A stretch of 64,000 bases of DNA from assembly GCF_018350175.1 (NCBI RefSeq), contig NC_058368.1:233494001-233558000 (forward strand), given 5' to 3'. The position numbers and the translations under genes are program-made. Shown one piece after another: positions 51,681 through 64,000 of this stretch (positions are counted from its first letter, which is position 1; the number at the start of each line of letters is the position of its first letter). A model generated the notes under the pieces. That model ran no database searches. It was not told where the DNA came from and saw only the letters and a program-made list of their open reading frames with translations. Source of the stretch: Felis catus (taxonomy: Eukaryota).

Positions 51681-54052
51681 TCACCAGGCAAGGCTTCCTG
51701 CACAGTCCTCACACCAAAGCAGCGCACATTATACTTCAGCACACGAGCGTGTGTAACAGCATGTAGTTCAGTAAAGGCGACGCGTAGATCCCTCTGACTC
51801 TCAGAATGTGCTACGTCTGCCATGCTTGATGAAGCCCACGGAGATTACTGCTAAACTTCTCTTCACTGACCAGGTATCCAGAAAGAAACCCAAAACCCCG
51901 TGCTTCATCCTCTATGACATCAGAAGGCAAACAAAGGAAATCATTTTTGTATCGATGTTTCATTCCGCGTCAACACGATTATCTATAGTCAAAAACATTT
52001 TACTCAGTTGTTACCCAAAGGAGGCACAAAATGATGTCACTCCTGCTTGCTGTATTTCAAAGGTATCATCACGCCTGATAAGAGGCCAAATCAATTCCTT
52101 CAGTGAGAGGGTATCTCTAAATATTAAGATCCCACTTGTGTGACACTCAGGACATGAAGGCAAAAGCATTTTCTCAGCCAGAGAAGTGATTTACAACAGA
52201 TCATTCAAATTTATTCGACTAGTTTTATGCCCAGTAAGTTCTAGTAGCGTATCTCTGGAGCCATCCTTTTTTGCATTAGCCATAGCTATGAGTGAATGAC
52301 TTTTATCCAATTTCACTAGTTTCCAGAACCTGACAGGAAATCGTTTTGCTTACAATGGCCGCAATGGCTCGCCTCACAAATTGAAAATAATACTTTCTTT
52401 GCACATCAAAGTTCTATCAAGTGACACAAATGGTTCCAATTCATTCATCTGTCACTAAATTTTCCTGAGTTTTATGACTGGATACTAGTTTATTTTATAT
52501 ATTGCTCTCTAGTTTCCATTCTCGCAGTAAGCCCATTTTTCTGTCCTTTGGCGTTTTACTCGACAAAGATTTTCTGTAATTATGAGGAGCCACTGTTTTT
52601 TTCCATCGCTAGGAAACATGCCTCCATGGGTGCCTGTTACCTGAAATCGCTAGAATGACTACTGATGGCTCTTGGGCCACCGACCAATACTATTAGTGGT
52701 AGGATCTATTTCTAAGCTAAATGTCATCGTAGTACTTTTCCGCACTACTCACATAAGAAAGTGTTTTATCCTGATGCTTTGCTCTGAAGCAAATGAGTAT
52801 ATAATGAGTATGCATGAATATTTGCAATTCATGAAAATAATTAGGCAGAAGAGAAGTGATGTGCCAAGAGAAATGAACACCATGCTCGCAGGACAGAAAC
52901 CAATGTCAACAGATAGGGATGAGTGAAAGCTTCTTGGAAACACCTCAGAATCACAGCCAGAATTGAAGGGGCAGTAAAAAGAGAAAAAAAAAAAAGGTCA
53001 GTCATGGAGTTTTTCTTTAAAGGTTTGGTGAGAGGTTGAAAATAACAAGAGGAAAATGTGAAGTCACGGACCATGGGGCTGACAGGAAACCTACTGAGGA
53101 CCAGAACTCTCCTTTTACTCGTGAGGAAACTGCAGCCCAGAGCCCTGAAATCACTCTCAGCATTGTGTCTTTCCCCTGGGCTCCTCAAGGGAAGGGGAAG
53201 GAAGGCAGAGGGTCTGATTATTTGTCCCGTGGCTTTGAATGTCAAGTCTGAAATATTTTGACGCAGAGGGAAAAAGAGAACATCAGGAAACATCAAAAGT
53301 CAAGGACAGTTTGATCTGCACTCACTAGGAGACATGACTCTTCGGGGGTCTTTACATATCTCCCCAATTTTGCCAGTGATGGGGGAGAGAGAAGAGAAGG
53401 GAAGGAGGCAGCCAGGTGCCCAGCAACACACCGGATGGTTTTACTTTCCTGTGTTTGTTATTTCCTGAAACGTTAGGAAGTAGCTTTAAAAGCACCACCC
53501 ATTTCCAGAAGTTTACATCGGGGCTATTTTTTATAACACCCAAGGCATTTCTGAGTATTCACACGATAGATGAATCTCTGTGCAAAACCACCAATTCACA
53601 ACCGAGAAGACCAGAAGCTTGTGAAGTTCAGCGTCTACACAATTTCTCCGGCCCCAGAACAACCCTATGGGGCAGATGCCACCACTGCTCACATTTCACA
53701 GACCAGGAAACCAAGGAACTGAGAAGCTGGAAAATCAATCGGCCCTCCCACCAACCAATCAATTAAAACAAAAAGAAAACCTGTACAGGGTTGGACACAC
53801 GATCGAGCAGAGCTCCATCATATCAAAAGTTGAAAGGCACATTCGTACGTTCCAAAGGACGGAACGGTCTGCCCAGGCAAGGAATTCTGGTTCGAATGAA
53901 GGTCCTGACCTGTCCTGAGTTTACCCAATGTTCTTCCAGCACCTTTTTACAGGGGCAAAGCTGCAGACAGAACGCATCAGGAGGAGGACTCTGGGACGCT
54001 GGAGGGAAGGCAAGTGCTCCCAAAACAAGTAATTCCCAAATAAAACCTCTTC

Positions 54053-54274
54053 TTTTTTTTAATTTTTTTTTCAACGTTTATTTATTTTTGGGACAGAGAG
54101 AGACAGAGCATGAACGGGGGAGGGGCAGAGAGAGAAGGAGACACAGAATCGGAAACAGGCTCCAGGTTCCGAGCCATCAGCCCAGAGCCTGACGCGGGGC
54201 TCGAACTCATGGACCGCAAGATCGTGACCTGGCTGAAGTCGGACGCTTAACCGACTGCGCCACCCAGGCGCCCC
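54053..54274 (-). mobile_element. Very young feline Can-SINE
   Basis: CpG-intact near-consensus body; perfect TSD taaaacctcttct starting at 54041 and 54275. Confidence 0.96.
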
Positions 54275-56002
54275 TAAAACCTCTTCTTGAGTCTTGCTTC
54301 TGGAAGCTGGATGACATGGCCCATCGGGATAAGCTTTTGCTGAGACTTCAGGAATTCCCTGCCCTCTGTATTTGTGACGAGACCACCACAGTATGAAATA
54401 ATTCTATGGGATGTGATATTTATGACATTTACAAAGAACCCGGTTCCCTCCGATGAAAGATGTTGCGTGAGTGCAAACAGCAATGATACTGAAATGTATA
54501 CTGTGCTTCAGGGAGTTCTGACTTTCACAGCTTAAATGTAATATGCACTGTGTACCTGGTCCTTAAACAGATTTTATTGTATGTGGTTGGAAGGAAAACT
54601 TGAGGACTCAGGGAACTAAACCACGGAATTAGGATGGCTGGTCCTTACACAAGTCGTGTCTTTTTCCCTTCCTGCTGAATTTTGAATTGCCATTAAAAGA
54701 ATGTTTTGCAAACTTAACACATGATGCACTTTGATGAATAATCTAATTCTCTCCTTTAATGTCGTTTGAAATTAAAAATATGCACCATGACTGAAAGCAA
54801 TGGGATAAACCATTTCTTTTTGTTTAACGTTGATCTCTAGAAGTAATCCGTTCTAGACAATAAAGGATTCATCGACCAAAACACTCCCAAGCTGAAATCA
54901 TCTGAGTTTTCAGATATTAGAGTTTTGTTCTTCTTGCTGGTCTGATTAATAATTCTATTTTTACATTTGGCAACTATAATTAGTCAGTCTTCTCTCTTAA
55001 GCTTTACCAGTTTCTCGGCTCACAAAGCTTCTCTTACTTCCCAACTTTTTCTCTCTTTTATTTGAATTCATTTTTGTATGTTTTACAGGAGGAAATCCTA
55101 AAATCGCCATATCACCGTGCAGGTGTGGGGTTGCATTTTCTAACTGCACGAATGCCTGAAAGTCTTTACTTTAACCTCACTGATGAGTGCTGATTTGACT
55201 CAGTATACACACTGAAGTGCAAAATGCTTTTCTTAAGTATTTTTAAGATTTTGCTCTACCGTTTTTTTTAACTTCTGGTGTCACGCATGAGAAATAAAAA
55301 TTCGACTCTTGCCCCATCGCACTTAACCTAGGGTGTTTATTTTTTTCCATCCTAGAAGCTTTCGGGGTTCCTCCCCTTATCCTTAGTACTAAACTGTCAG
55401 CAGCACAGAAAGGAGTCCATGTGGATATTTGGAGTGCCTGTTGGATACACAAAGATTCGGCCTCAAAACTCGAGCGTCTTATCAATTCCTCATAGAAAGA
55501 AGGGTCTCTAAATAATGACTTGAGAGAAGATGTGTATGGAGATATTAGTGGAGAAAAGGTAAGGGATGCGATCTGTTCACTGGTCACCAGGTAACCCAAG
55601 AGAACCATCTTTCTTCCCAAAGCTCTTACACAAACTTGACCCTCACTGGGGTGGCCTTTGATGCTCTCTGTTTTCGACATTTCCTTCATCGCTGTCTGTT
55701 GCCTGGAAAAGTACCTCCTGGCCTTTTAGGGCTCCGAGGCTCTTTCTTCCCCAAGGACTCTGAAGATGCAGGTGCTGGCTGTGCCTCTATCATCACTCCT
55801 ACAAGTTTCCCAGTGAAGCTCCTACACACCAAATGAGCCTCAGATGTACTTCTGCTCTGACAGAAGTGGCAGCCACTTTCTGGGCGTTCTCTTTAGGCCA
55901 CAGGGATTCAGGATATATGCGCACACACGTACGTATATGTGTGTGTGTTCTAAGTATAAATATATGTTAAATACAAATACATATTTTATATACAATTTAT
56001 TG

Positions 56003-56229
56003 TTTTTAATTTTTTAATTGTTTATTTATTTTTGAAGGAGAGAGAGAGAGAGAGAGAGCGAGCCTGAATGAAGGAGGGGCAGAGAGCAAAGGAGACACAG
56101 AATCTGAAGCAGTCTCCAGGCTCTGAGCTGCCAGCCAGAGCCCGACGCTGGGCTCGAACCCACAAACTATGAGATCACGAGCTGAGCTGAAGTTGGACGC
56201 TTAACGGAGTGAGCCACCCAGGCGCCCCC
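56003..56229 (-). mobile_element. Can-SINE
   Basis: Full SINE in AT-rich flanks. Confidence 0.92.
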
Positions 56230-56435
56230 ATGTAAATTTTTATATATTAAACTAAATATAAATATGTCTTTATAAATGTTTTAGATTTAAATATATTTTA
56301 TGTTTAAATATACATACTGGGCGAGTGCACATACATGGACATATATACATTTAGTGAGCACATGCCCCTTGAGTGATAATAAAAATGCATGACATCCCAA
56401 CATCTCTACTGAGGTAAGTAATGTCATGACTGCAT

Positions 56436-56657
56436 TGCTGTGGTCGTAATGTTGGTGTCCCCCACCAGTATTCGTGTATTGAAATCCCAACCGCAGTGCG
56501 ATGGTATTAGGAGGTGAGGTCTTTGAGAGGTGACCTGACCATGCTGCACCCCGATCTTGAACTTCCAGCCTCCAGAACTGTGAGCAATGAATTTCTGTTG
56601 TTCACAAGCCCCTCGGGTCATGGTATTTTGTTTCAGCTACCTGAATGGACTAAGACA
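56436..56657 (+). mobile_element. MLT1A-like LTR with internal deletion, followed by a MIR remnant
   Basis: gatggtattaggaggtgaggtctttgagaggtga joined directly to gatcttgaacttccagcctccagaactgtgag...gaatggactaagaca. Confidence 0.82.
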
Positions 56658-57699
56658 ATCATTTTACAGATGAGGAAACAGAGCGCCAGAAAGGTTAACA
56701 TAAGTTTTGCAAAGCCACCCAAGTATCAAGGGGTGTCAAAGGATTCAGAGCCAAATGATGAACCAAAGCCACGTATAACAAATACACAATACTACCTCTC
56801 AGCAAACAGTTCAGAGAACCCCTGTTAAAAGCACGCCACTATTAACCAGGCTCACCTCTGTCCCAGCTGTGCCTTGAGAGGATTAATAGAATACCGAGGC
56901 ATGGCGTGAATCTGATGAGGGCACGACGCAGTGACAACATAAAGTAAGCAGGCGGCAGTGGAAATGCCAATGTAAACTATACAACAGAGCACCTGTTATG
57001 GGGGATACCGGGGAGAAAACAGAGAGAGAGAGATGTAGAGTTGGGTGAGGCGGGGGGGGGGGTCACCAACAGAAGTAGGGAGGATGACAGAAGAGCGGTT
57101 TGGGAAAGGTGGGTTTAGACACGACATCTCTGGTGGTAACGAAAAATGAGTCTGGAACCCAAGAAAAGGTAGAGGGCAGAATTAGTGCACTGGGAGCCAT
57201 CAGATGACTGAAAGTGTGGATGAGCCGAACGCTGACCAACACAAATACAGCGCAGAGGAAAGGTGTCTCTGTGCAGAACCCAAAAGAACATGTGTGTGTT
57301 TGGTGGTAGGAAGAAAAAGAGTGTCCATCAAAGGACGCAGAGAGGAAAGAACTGGAGAACCTGAAGGGCACCAGATGACGGGAACCAAGAGAAATGTTTA
57401 TGTTTTTCCCTCCGAGAGTATTTTTCCGTAACGGACAAAAAGGTGAACAGCAAAAGGCAGCACCGCAGAAATCTAGGATGGAAAATGGCTTTAAATTTAG
57501 CGAGTGTTTTGTGTTGAACAGTGAATTTTGATGGCAGCTGAAGAGTCAATTTAGGAAGTGGGTAAGAAGGAAAGAGGAACGAAAGTAGCTGCTACTTTTT
57601 CAAGATCAGTGACGAGTGGAAGGAAGCAAGAATAAAGACTCACTGTGAGATATGCAAGAATCGGTAATGTGTTTCTTAGGTTATTTTTAACTTTTAAAA

Positions 57700-58880
57700 T
57701 AAGAGAAACTGGAATATTTATTAACAAAGAAGAAACAGATATGCATTACTGGGACCATTTAGATAAGTAATAACTACAGTGCTAATATGTTCGTGGATAT
57801 TCTAAAATGCTTACAAGATATGTTAGAGATAGAATAAAAGAATAGAGAATAGAATGGTTCCTGATAAATCACATTCAAAAGGAAAAGGAATTCAAAAAAG
57901 AATGACACTATTATAAAAAAACATTAGGAACAAACACTAAATATCAAGAAGCAGAATGAGAGATATTAGGTATATGGTATCATGATATCACAACAAATGC
58001 GATTAGTCTCCAATTTCTCTCTCTAAAAACCAGTAAGTTTAGATTTAAAACCAAAATCACAATTACATGGCTTAAAAATGTTAAAGAAACCAGAGAAAGC
58101 TTTCTCCAATCAATTTTTTAAGTTTGTTTATTTAATTATAAAAAAAAAAACCAATACAATGGGCATTTCCTATGAATACAGGCACCAAAAGGCTGCCCAA
58201 CAGAATGATGTCATGCAGGGCTTTGAAAGCTCTTGACATCAGACTGTGTGAAAAATTAAAGGTAGAAAAACAAAAGAGTGTGGGGCCTGCAGGTGACTGC
58301 TGCATATGGGTTCAAGAAGAAGGCACTGTCATGGTGGATAGGAAATTTCCCGAGTGTCTGGATACAAGAAAAACATACATCTCAACAGTATCTCTGCATA
58401 CTGTTTATAATCACATAAAATTCATGTGGACAGGAAGGTAACTTCTTTGTAAGAGCACAAAACCTCTAAAAATTTCAAAATCGATTTATGAAAACCATGT
58501 GGGAACTTTGCAGGGAAAACCCTAAAAGCTTTGCTGATTGATTCAATGGTATATTTTTGTAAATAGGGAAATTCAACATTTCTGAATGGGAAGGCTAAAG
58601 GAATATATTTAGGAACGTGAAAACAATATTCGCACAGTCTATGTAGGAAAACAAACAGGCAAAAATAAAAAAAAACAATCTAATTTAAAAACATACAAAA
58701 AGGGAGGGTAGTGGTGATCCTGAAAGATAGAAAATGTAATGGCAAAATGTATCAATTACAACCATGATGTCAGGGCGCAGAGACAAACTTCTGGAGAACA
58801 TAGATTTGGCCTAAGAATTAGTATATGATAAAGGAAACATCGCAGTGTAATAGAACACAGAAACATAACTCAACAGCAAG
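57700..58880 (+). mobile_element. Highly decayed L1M fragments
   Basis: A-rich with L1-like segments (attctgaatgggaaggctaa, tcagggcgcagagacaaa, gaattagtatatgataaagga). Confidence 0.45.
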
Positions 58881-61800
58881 GAAAACCAGCACAATCACAT
58901 CTCCCATTATCATCATCTACGCTGTTCTTTAAGTCTGAGGTGCCGGGTAATCTGTATTTTTATTTGCATTCTTTTCCAGCTCCAATTTGAGTACAATCCA
59001 TTATGAGCAGAGTTTCACCGAACTGAAAATCGTGGGGCAGAGATTAAGGGCAGTCTGCTTCCCCATGCCACATAATCCTTTAACCACACCCCTGACAGAT
59101 GATGAACCCACACCTCTCCCCGCACCCAGCACCCGCCTCCCAGCAATTCCCTGGGATCGTGTGCAGGCAGGAACAGACCTAAGGTCCCGCTTTGCAGGAC
59201 ATATGTGACACTGGAAGCATGCATGGTGGCACTGATTTTCCAATCCTCATTCCTCTACTCAAGGGTGATCCTATGAGGAAAGGCTGGCCAGGGAGCAAGC
59301 ACGGAACTTCCTCTGAAGCAACAGAAAAGCAAATTTTCCAAATCCATTCTCAGCCGGCCCACTCTATGAGCTATAGACTGAGAAACAACGCAGCCCGTCA
59401 TTCTCTATCCCCCCAGCAAAGAAAGACAGTAAGAGATGAAACGATTAAGGTCATCATTCTCTAGAAAAAATACCCACAAAATGCCATCAAGTAGGTCTCT
59501 CTCTCTGTTTTTGCATAATCTGTTTGATTTTGTTTTTCTAGGCTTCACGCTTGTGTTGCCCATTTCCCAGTGAAATAAAGCTGTGATGTCACCGAAAGCA
59601 GAAGACAGTAGCTATAAATGCTGATTTCCACGGGAAAGGACAGGACCATTTTTCATGAAAGCGTATAAAAAGCAAACTTATTTAAAGGCACGTTTTAACT
59701 TTCTTTCCATTATTCATCAGCAACTTTGAGAGATATGTCAATTCTCTCTCCTGTGGCATGTCACATTCACGTTCTTTTATATCAGCTGGTGAAGTTCTGC
59801 TCTTTAATGAAAGGATTCCCCTCCGTTTTTCAATAAGGCATTCAAAATCCCACTCATAACTTTTCAGAAAGCTCACTCATTTGGAAGTGTCACATCTTCA
59901 CGGCCCGAGTTTTGAGTGCTCCTTGCTCTGCCTGCCCTTCTTAAAACGTATCATCCGTGGTGGACGTGTCTCTGTGTACTGACCCACCCTGTGGAACACT
60001 CACTCCGAAATATTCCCCCGAGAGAGTTTCCCCCCAACTTGTTAATAAAATTCACCAGCAAAGGTCTGAGATAGTAATTATCTTAAGTGCTATACTCACT
60101 GATGTCAAAATCTAGCACTGTTCCAAAGATCCATTATCCTGCAAACTGTCACCAACATTGTATCCATGAGCAGAACTTTTCATTGAAGGCTAGTTTAAAT
60201 GCGTGTTCCTCAGCAGATCTGGATCGAATTAATAGGCTAGGGTGATTTCAAGCTTGTATTTTGTCTTTGACATAAAAATTGCATTGTTTATGACACATGC
60301 AAAACTTCTGTCTGTACACTCCTTCCCGGGAGGCTATATTGATCACCTCCATGACAATGAGGCTAATGGAACCCAAGTTCATAAAAATATTTCAGCCAAG
60401 ACCACACCAGCGACTTTTGGGGAGAGGAATGTGGGCTTGGAGAACAGGAATGGCACATTTTTGCTGTTTGTTACTTTTTTGAAGATCTATTGTGAATGAC
60501 AACATGACATAATTGTGCCTCCTAATGGGAAGACGCATCTGATAGTATCTGGGTTCATTCAAAGCAGTCACAGGACATGAAGTGCTCAGAGATCACCCTT
60601 AACCTGCAAGGAATCCAGAAGAGACAGAGGGAGAGAGTCAGGACGCGTGAATCAAGAGGAGGTAAGAATACTCCAGAGTCCAGAGTTGCTATAAATCACA
60701 ACGAGTCCAAAATGTAGGAGGACATGGTTTTGGGACCACTGATAATAACACAGTTAAACTAATTACCTCTGAGTACATATATAATTAATTATTGCATTAT
60801 GAAAGCTGAACAGTGGGAGGGAGGGAGGGACAGAGAGAGAAAGAGAGAGAGAGAGAACACTATACTGGTATTTTTATCAGCTGTGTTTAAGCGTGCATGT
60901 TCTTGGTTACTCCATGCAGGGAACTGTAATAGGTTCTAAGACTATAAAGAAAAATAATAAAATAACAGACAGCCCTTTCCACCAAAGAATTCACAGTCTA
61001 GTTTCAGGATGGCAGGAATGGGCCCCAAGTAGACCTCTCAGAGGGATAATGATGATGTCCCTGGGAAATGCACTCGAGTCACTTAGTCTGGCAGTAAGCT
61101 CTCAGGCAGCTGCTCAGACAGCTGCCACATGTTGACCCCCAGGGACTCATCTGTAGGCAGGAACACTGGGAGAGGGTCAGGTTAAGACACTCACGAGGCA
61201 CATTCACGTGATGCACTGTTTCATGTGCGTGATTTGTGTTTGGTCCTCCAATAGGTGGAGCCCATCTTGGAGTGCGAGGGTCCACATATGTAAGTAAGCC
61301 TTGTCCAAGACATGGTCATGTCCTTCAGGGCTGAGATGTTGGGCGTGGCCTGCCAAGCCTCAGACTCCAGCAGGTTGGTCTGACCTTATTCCGCAGTCAG
61401 TGGTTAAATACTCCTGTTTTGATTCGATACGGCTTGTTTAAAAGACCGAAGTCCTAACTTCTTAGAGAATCTAGCACACATGTAGCCAGAAAGGTGCCTA
61501 AAACAGGACTGGGGTGGGGGTGGGGGGAAGAAAACAGCAAGAAAATTCCATTGAGGCCAAAGCGTTATTTGCCGGTTGATCGTCATGGGCAGGAGTCCGT
61601 GAACAGCAGGGAGAAAACAGTGTGTCTGTGGTGGCTTTCACAGTTTTGACAAAAGGAGGTGATCGGAGCTGCCTCTCACTGTTCCCTGATTTTGCTTTTC
61701 AATTCTTAACTATTCCACTGGTTGCTGATGATTTTTGTCTCCAGGTGGAACGCCTACCTTTGCTTTTTCCATTCTTGTAAGGAAGATTACACTTTTAGGA

Positions 61801-61886
61801 AAACTATCCAACGTTGAAATGTTTAAGCCCTGGACAGTGATCCTCCCAGGAATATGGTAATAATGACACATTCATGGATATGCGAT

Positions 61887-61894
61887 TTTCTTTC

Positions 61895-61942
<48 letters not shown>

Positions 61943-61943
61943 T
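61887..61943. repeat. (CTTT)n microsatellite
   Basis: Directly visible. Confidence 0.95.
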
Positions 61944-62016
61944 AATTTATTGGCTAAGAGGAGGAACTCTTTTCCTTCTAATGTTTAATCTCACGGTTTC
62001 ACTTTAATGTGTTTCT

Positions 62017-62247
62017 TTTCTTTTTTTTTTTTTAAATTTTTTTTAACGTTTATTTATTTTTGAGACAGAGAGAGATAGAGCATGAACAGGGGAGGGTCAG
62101 AGAGAGAGGGAGACACAGAATCTGAAACAGGCTCCAGGCTCTGAGCAGTCAGCACAGAGCCTGACACGGGGCTTGAACTCACATACTGCGAGATCATGAC
62201 CTGAGCTGAAGTCGGACGCCCAACCGACTGAGCCACCCAGGCGCTCC
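62017..62247 (-). mobile_element. Can-SINE
   Basis: Perfect TSD actttaatgtgtttct at 62001-62016 and 62248-62263. Confidence 0.95.
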
Positions 62248-63137
62248 ACTTTAATGTGTTTCTAAAACGTAGTTAACCCAAGTTGAAGCCTGAGTTTTTG
62301 TCTTCATTGTCTTTATTCTACCTACAGTCTTCCCAGTCTTTTTGTTCCTTTTCATGGTTTCCAAGTTGTTATTATTATTTGTCTACTAAGTAACTCTTTT
62401 TCATTGTTTCTATTGGAGTTAAAACCTTTCTAGTAGCTATTACCAGAACAGGAGTTCGTATACTCAATAGACTAGTACTGTGATTAGTTAGAAATTGTAA
62501 TCTAGGAACACAATTGCCTTTCGGGAAAAATCAATCAATCCTTCTTCCCCTCACTTCCTGGGAATCAATGATTCAGAATAAAAGAAAGACACTGAGAAAA
62601 CCATATAATGTAATACAGTAGAAACTATTAAAATGTTTTCGCAGAGATGCCATAGAAGATACATGATACAACACTGGCCTCCATCTTGGGTAAAGAAAAC
62701 CTTGCCCGAACAAACTGCTTGGCTCTTTCTGGCACCTCTTTACAGCTCCATGTGTCAAAAGACCTGTCCATGCTCAATGCATGCACTTCCTTACCTTCTA
62801 TTTTCTCCCTACCTGAGCTCAGTCATTTCCATTCCTCTGCCCAGGCCACCTGTGAACATGTTGCCAAGACTGGTGATCACTTCTTTGACACTCTCTTTCA
62901 GCACTTGGCTAAGTTGACCATGGTCCCCCCTAAACTTTCTCCCTTTACTTCTCTTGAACCACATTCTCTGGCTTCTCTCCTACAAGAGTGATCTTTTTCA
63001 GTGACTTTGGCTGAGTCCTCTCCTTCTGTTCTTTCTCTAACATTGGTGTGTTTTGAGGGTTGGCCTTGGGTTATTTTAATATTTTCTGATCACGTTCTCC
63101 CTAGAAAATCTCATTTAGTCTTTTAAAGACAAACATA

Positions 63138-63357
63138 GGGGCGCCTGGGTGGCTCAGTCGGTTAAGCGTCCGACTTCGGCTCAGGTCATGATCTCACGGT
63201 CCGTGAGTTTGAGCCCCGCGTCAGGCTCTGGGCTGACAGCTCAGAGCCTGGAGCCTGCTTCGGATTCTGTGTCTCCCTCTCTCTCTGACCATCCCCCATT
63301 CATGCTCTGTCTCTCTCTGTCTCAAAAAATAAATAAACATTAAAAAAAATTTAAAAA
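63138..63357 (+). mobile_element. Can-SINE
   Basis: Near-consensus head, body and tail. Confidence 0.95.
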
Positions 63358-63374
63358 AAAGACCAATATATGTT

Positions 63375-63599
63375 GGGGTGCCTGCGTGGCTCAGTCAGTT
63401 AAGTGTCCAACTTTGGCTCAGGTCACGATCTTACAGTCTGTGGATTTGAGCCCCGCATCGGGCTCTGTGATGATAGCTCAGAGCCTGGAGTCTGCTTCAG
63501 ATTCTGTGTCTCCCTCTCTCTTTGCCCCTCCCACACTCGCACTCTGTCTCTGTCTCTCAATAATAAATACACATTAAAATTTAAAAAAATATATAAAAT
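63375..63599 (+). mobile_element. Can-SINE
   Basis: TSD aaagac.aat.tatgtt. Confidence 0.94.
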
Positions 63600-63711
63600 A
63601 AAGACTAATGTATGTTGATGACTTCCAAATCTACATTTTCAGATCCAGATCTCATGTAAAAACTATAGCTTGGCATTGCCCCTTGGACATTATCATGGGT
63701 ATCTCAAAATT

Positions 63712-63859
63712 ACTCTTAAAAACTGAGAATAAACTGAGGGTTGATGGGGGGTGGGAGGGAGGGGAAAGTGGGTGAAGGGCATTGAGGAGGACACCTGTTG
63801 GGATGAGCACTGGATGTTGTATGGAAACCAATTTGACAATAAATTTCATATTAAAAAAA
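63712..63859 (+). mobile_element. Extreme 3' tip (~150 bp) of a carnivore L1
   Basis: Nearly identical to the 3' UTR at 17182-17330 (actgagggttgatgggggg...ggaaaccaatttgacaataaatttcata). Confidence 0.93.
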
Positions 63860-64000
63860 TTAACTGTTCAAAACTCAACTCTTGATTTCAACTCTACCAC
63901 TACCTGCAATAAATATTGTTCCCAAAGACTTTAACATCTTATAAGTGGCACACTAGCCATTACCCAGCTGCTCAAGTTCAAAGCTTATGAAGCTTTCTTA

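Larger units (their letters stand above)
2439..64000 (-). other. ADCY2: Large ADCY2 intron upstream of the exon; the preceding constitutive exon is not seen in the window
   Basis: No sequence encoding the preceding ADCY2 segment (ending ...KLEFEKRQQ) was found by eye; repeat-rich, intron-like content. Confidence 0.75.
62900..64000 (+). mobile_element. L2 fragment interrupted by two SINEs and an L1 tip
   Basis: ccacattctctggcttctctcctac, gatgacttccaaatctacatt, aaaactcaactcttgattt, tacccagctgctcaag. Confidence 0.72.

Noticed and set aside
6663..63599. tRNA genes
   Set aside because: The A/B-box motifs all belong to tRNA-derived SINE heads followed by SINE bodies and tails.
6992..63618. Recurring ORF family MAQSV(K/E)RPTSAQVMIS...SLEPASDSVSPSLS
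   Set aside because: Translations of Can-SINE copies, not a gene family.

Overview
Mammalian (carnivore, most likely felid) genomic DNA, judged from about 27 feline-type tRNA-derived Can-SINEs and carnivore L1 3' ends. The only protein-coding exon I recognise is a 149-nt minus-strand internal exon of adenylate cyclase 2 (ADCY2; 2438->2290, ERLLLSLLPAHIAMEMKAEIIQRLQGPKAGQMENTNNFHNLYVKRHTNV-). I did not find the neighbouring exons, so the rest appears to be ADCY2 intron (~2.3 kb downstream, >61 kb upstream). The intron holds a full-length, disabled RPL35A processed pseudogene nested in an old L1. It also holds 5'-truncated L1s, MaLR/ERVL LTRs, L2/MIR remnants, Tigger1, MER58/MER20/Charlie DNA transposons and microsatellites. 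I found no convincing new biological system. The best leads are a candidate internal alternative first exon (~39290-39072) in frame with the ADCY2 exon, two sites with repeated SINE insertion into the same target, a SINE with a triplicated B-box segment, and nested elements. Repeat subfamily names come from my recognition of consensus sequences, not a database search, and boundaries of old repeats are approximate.
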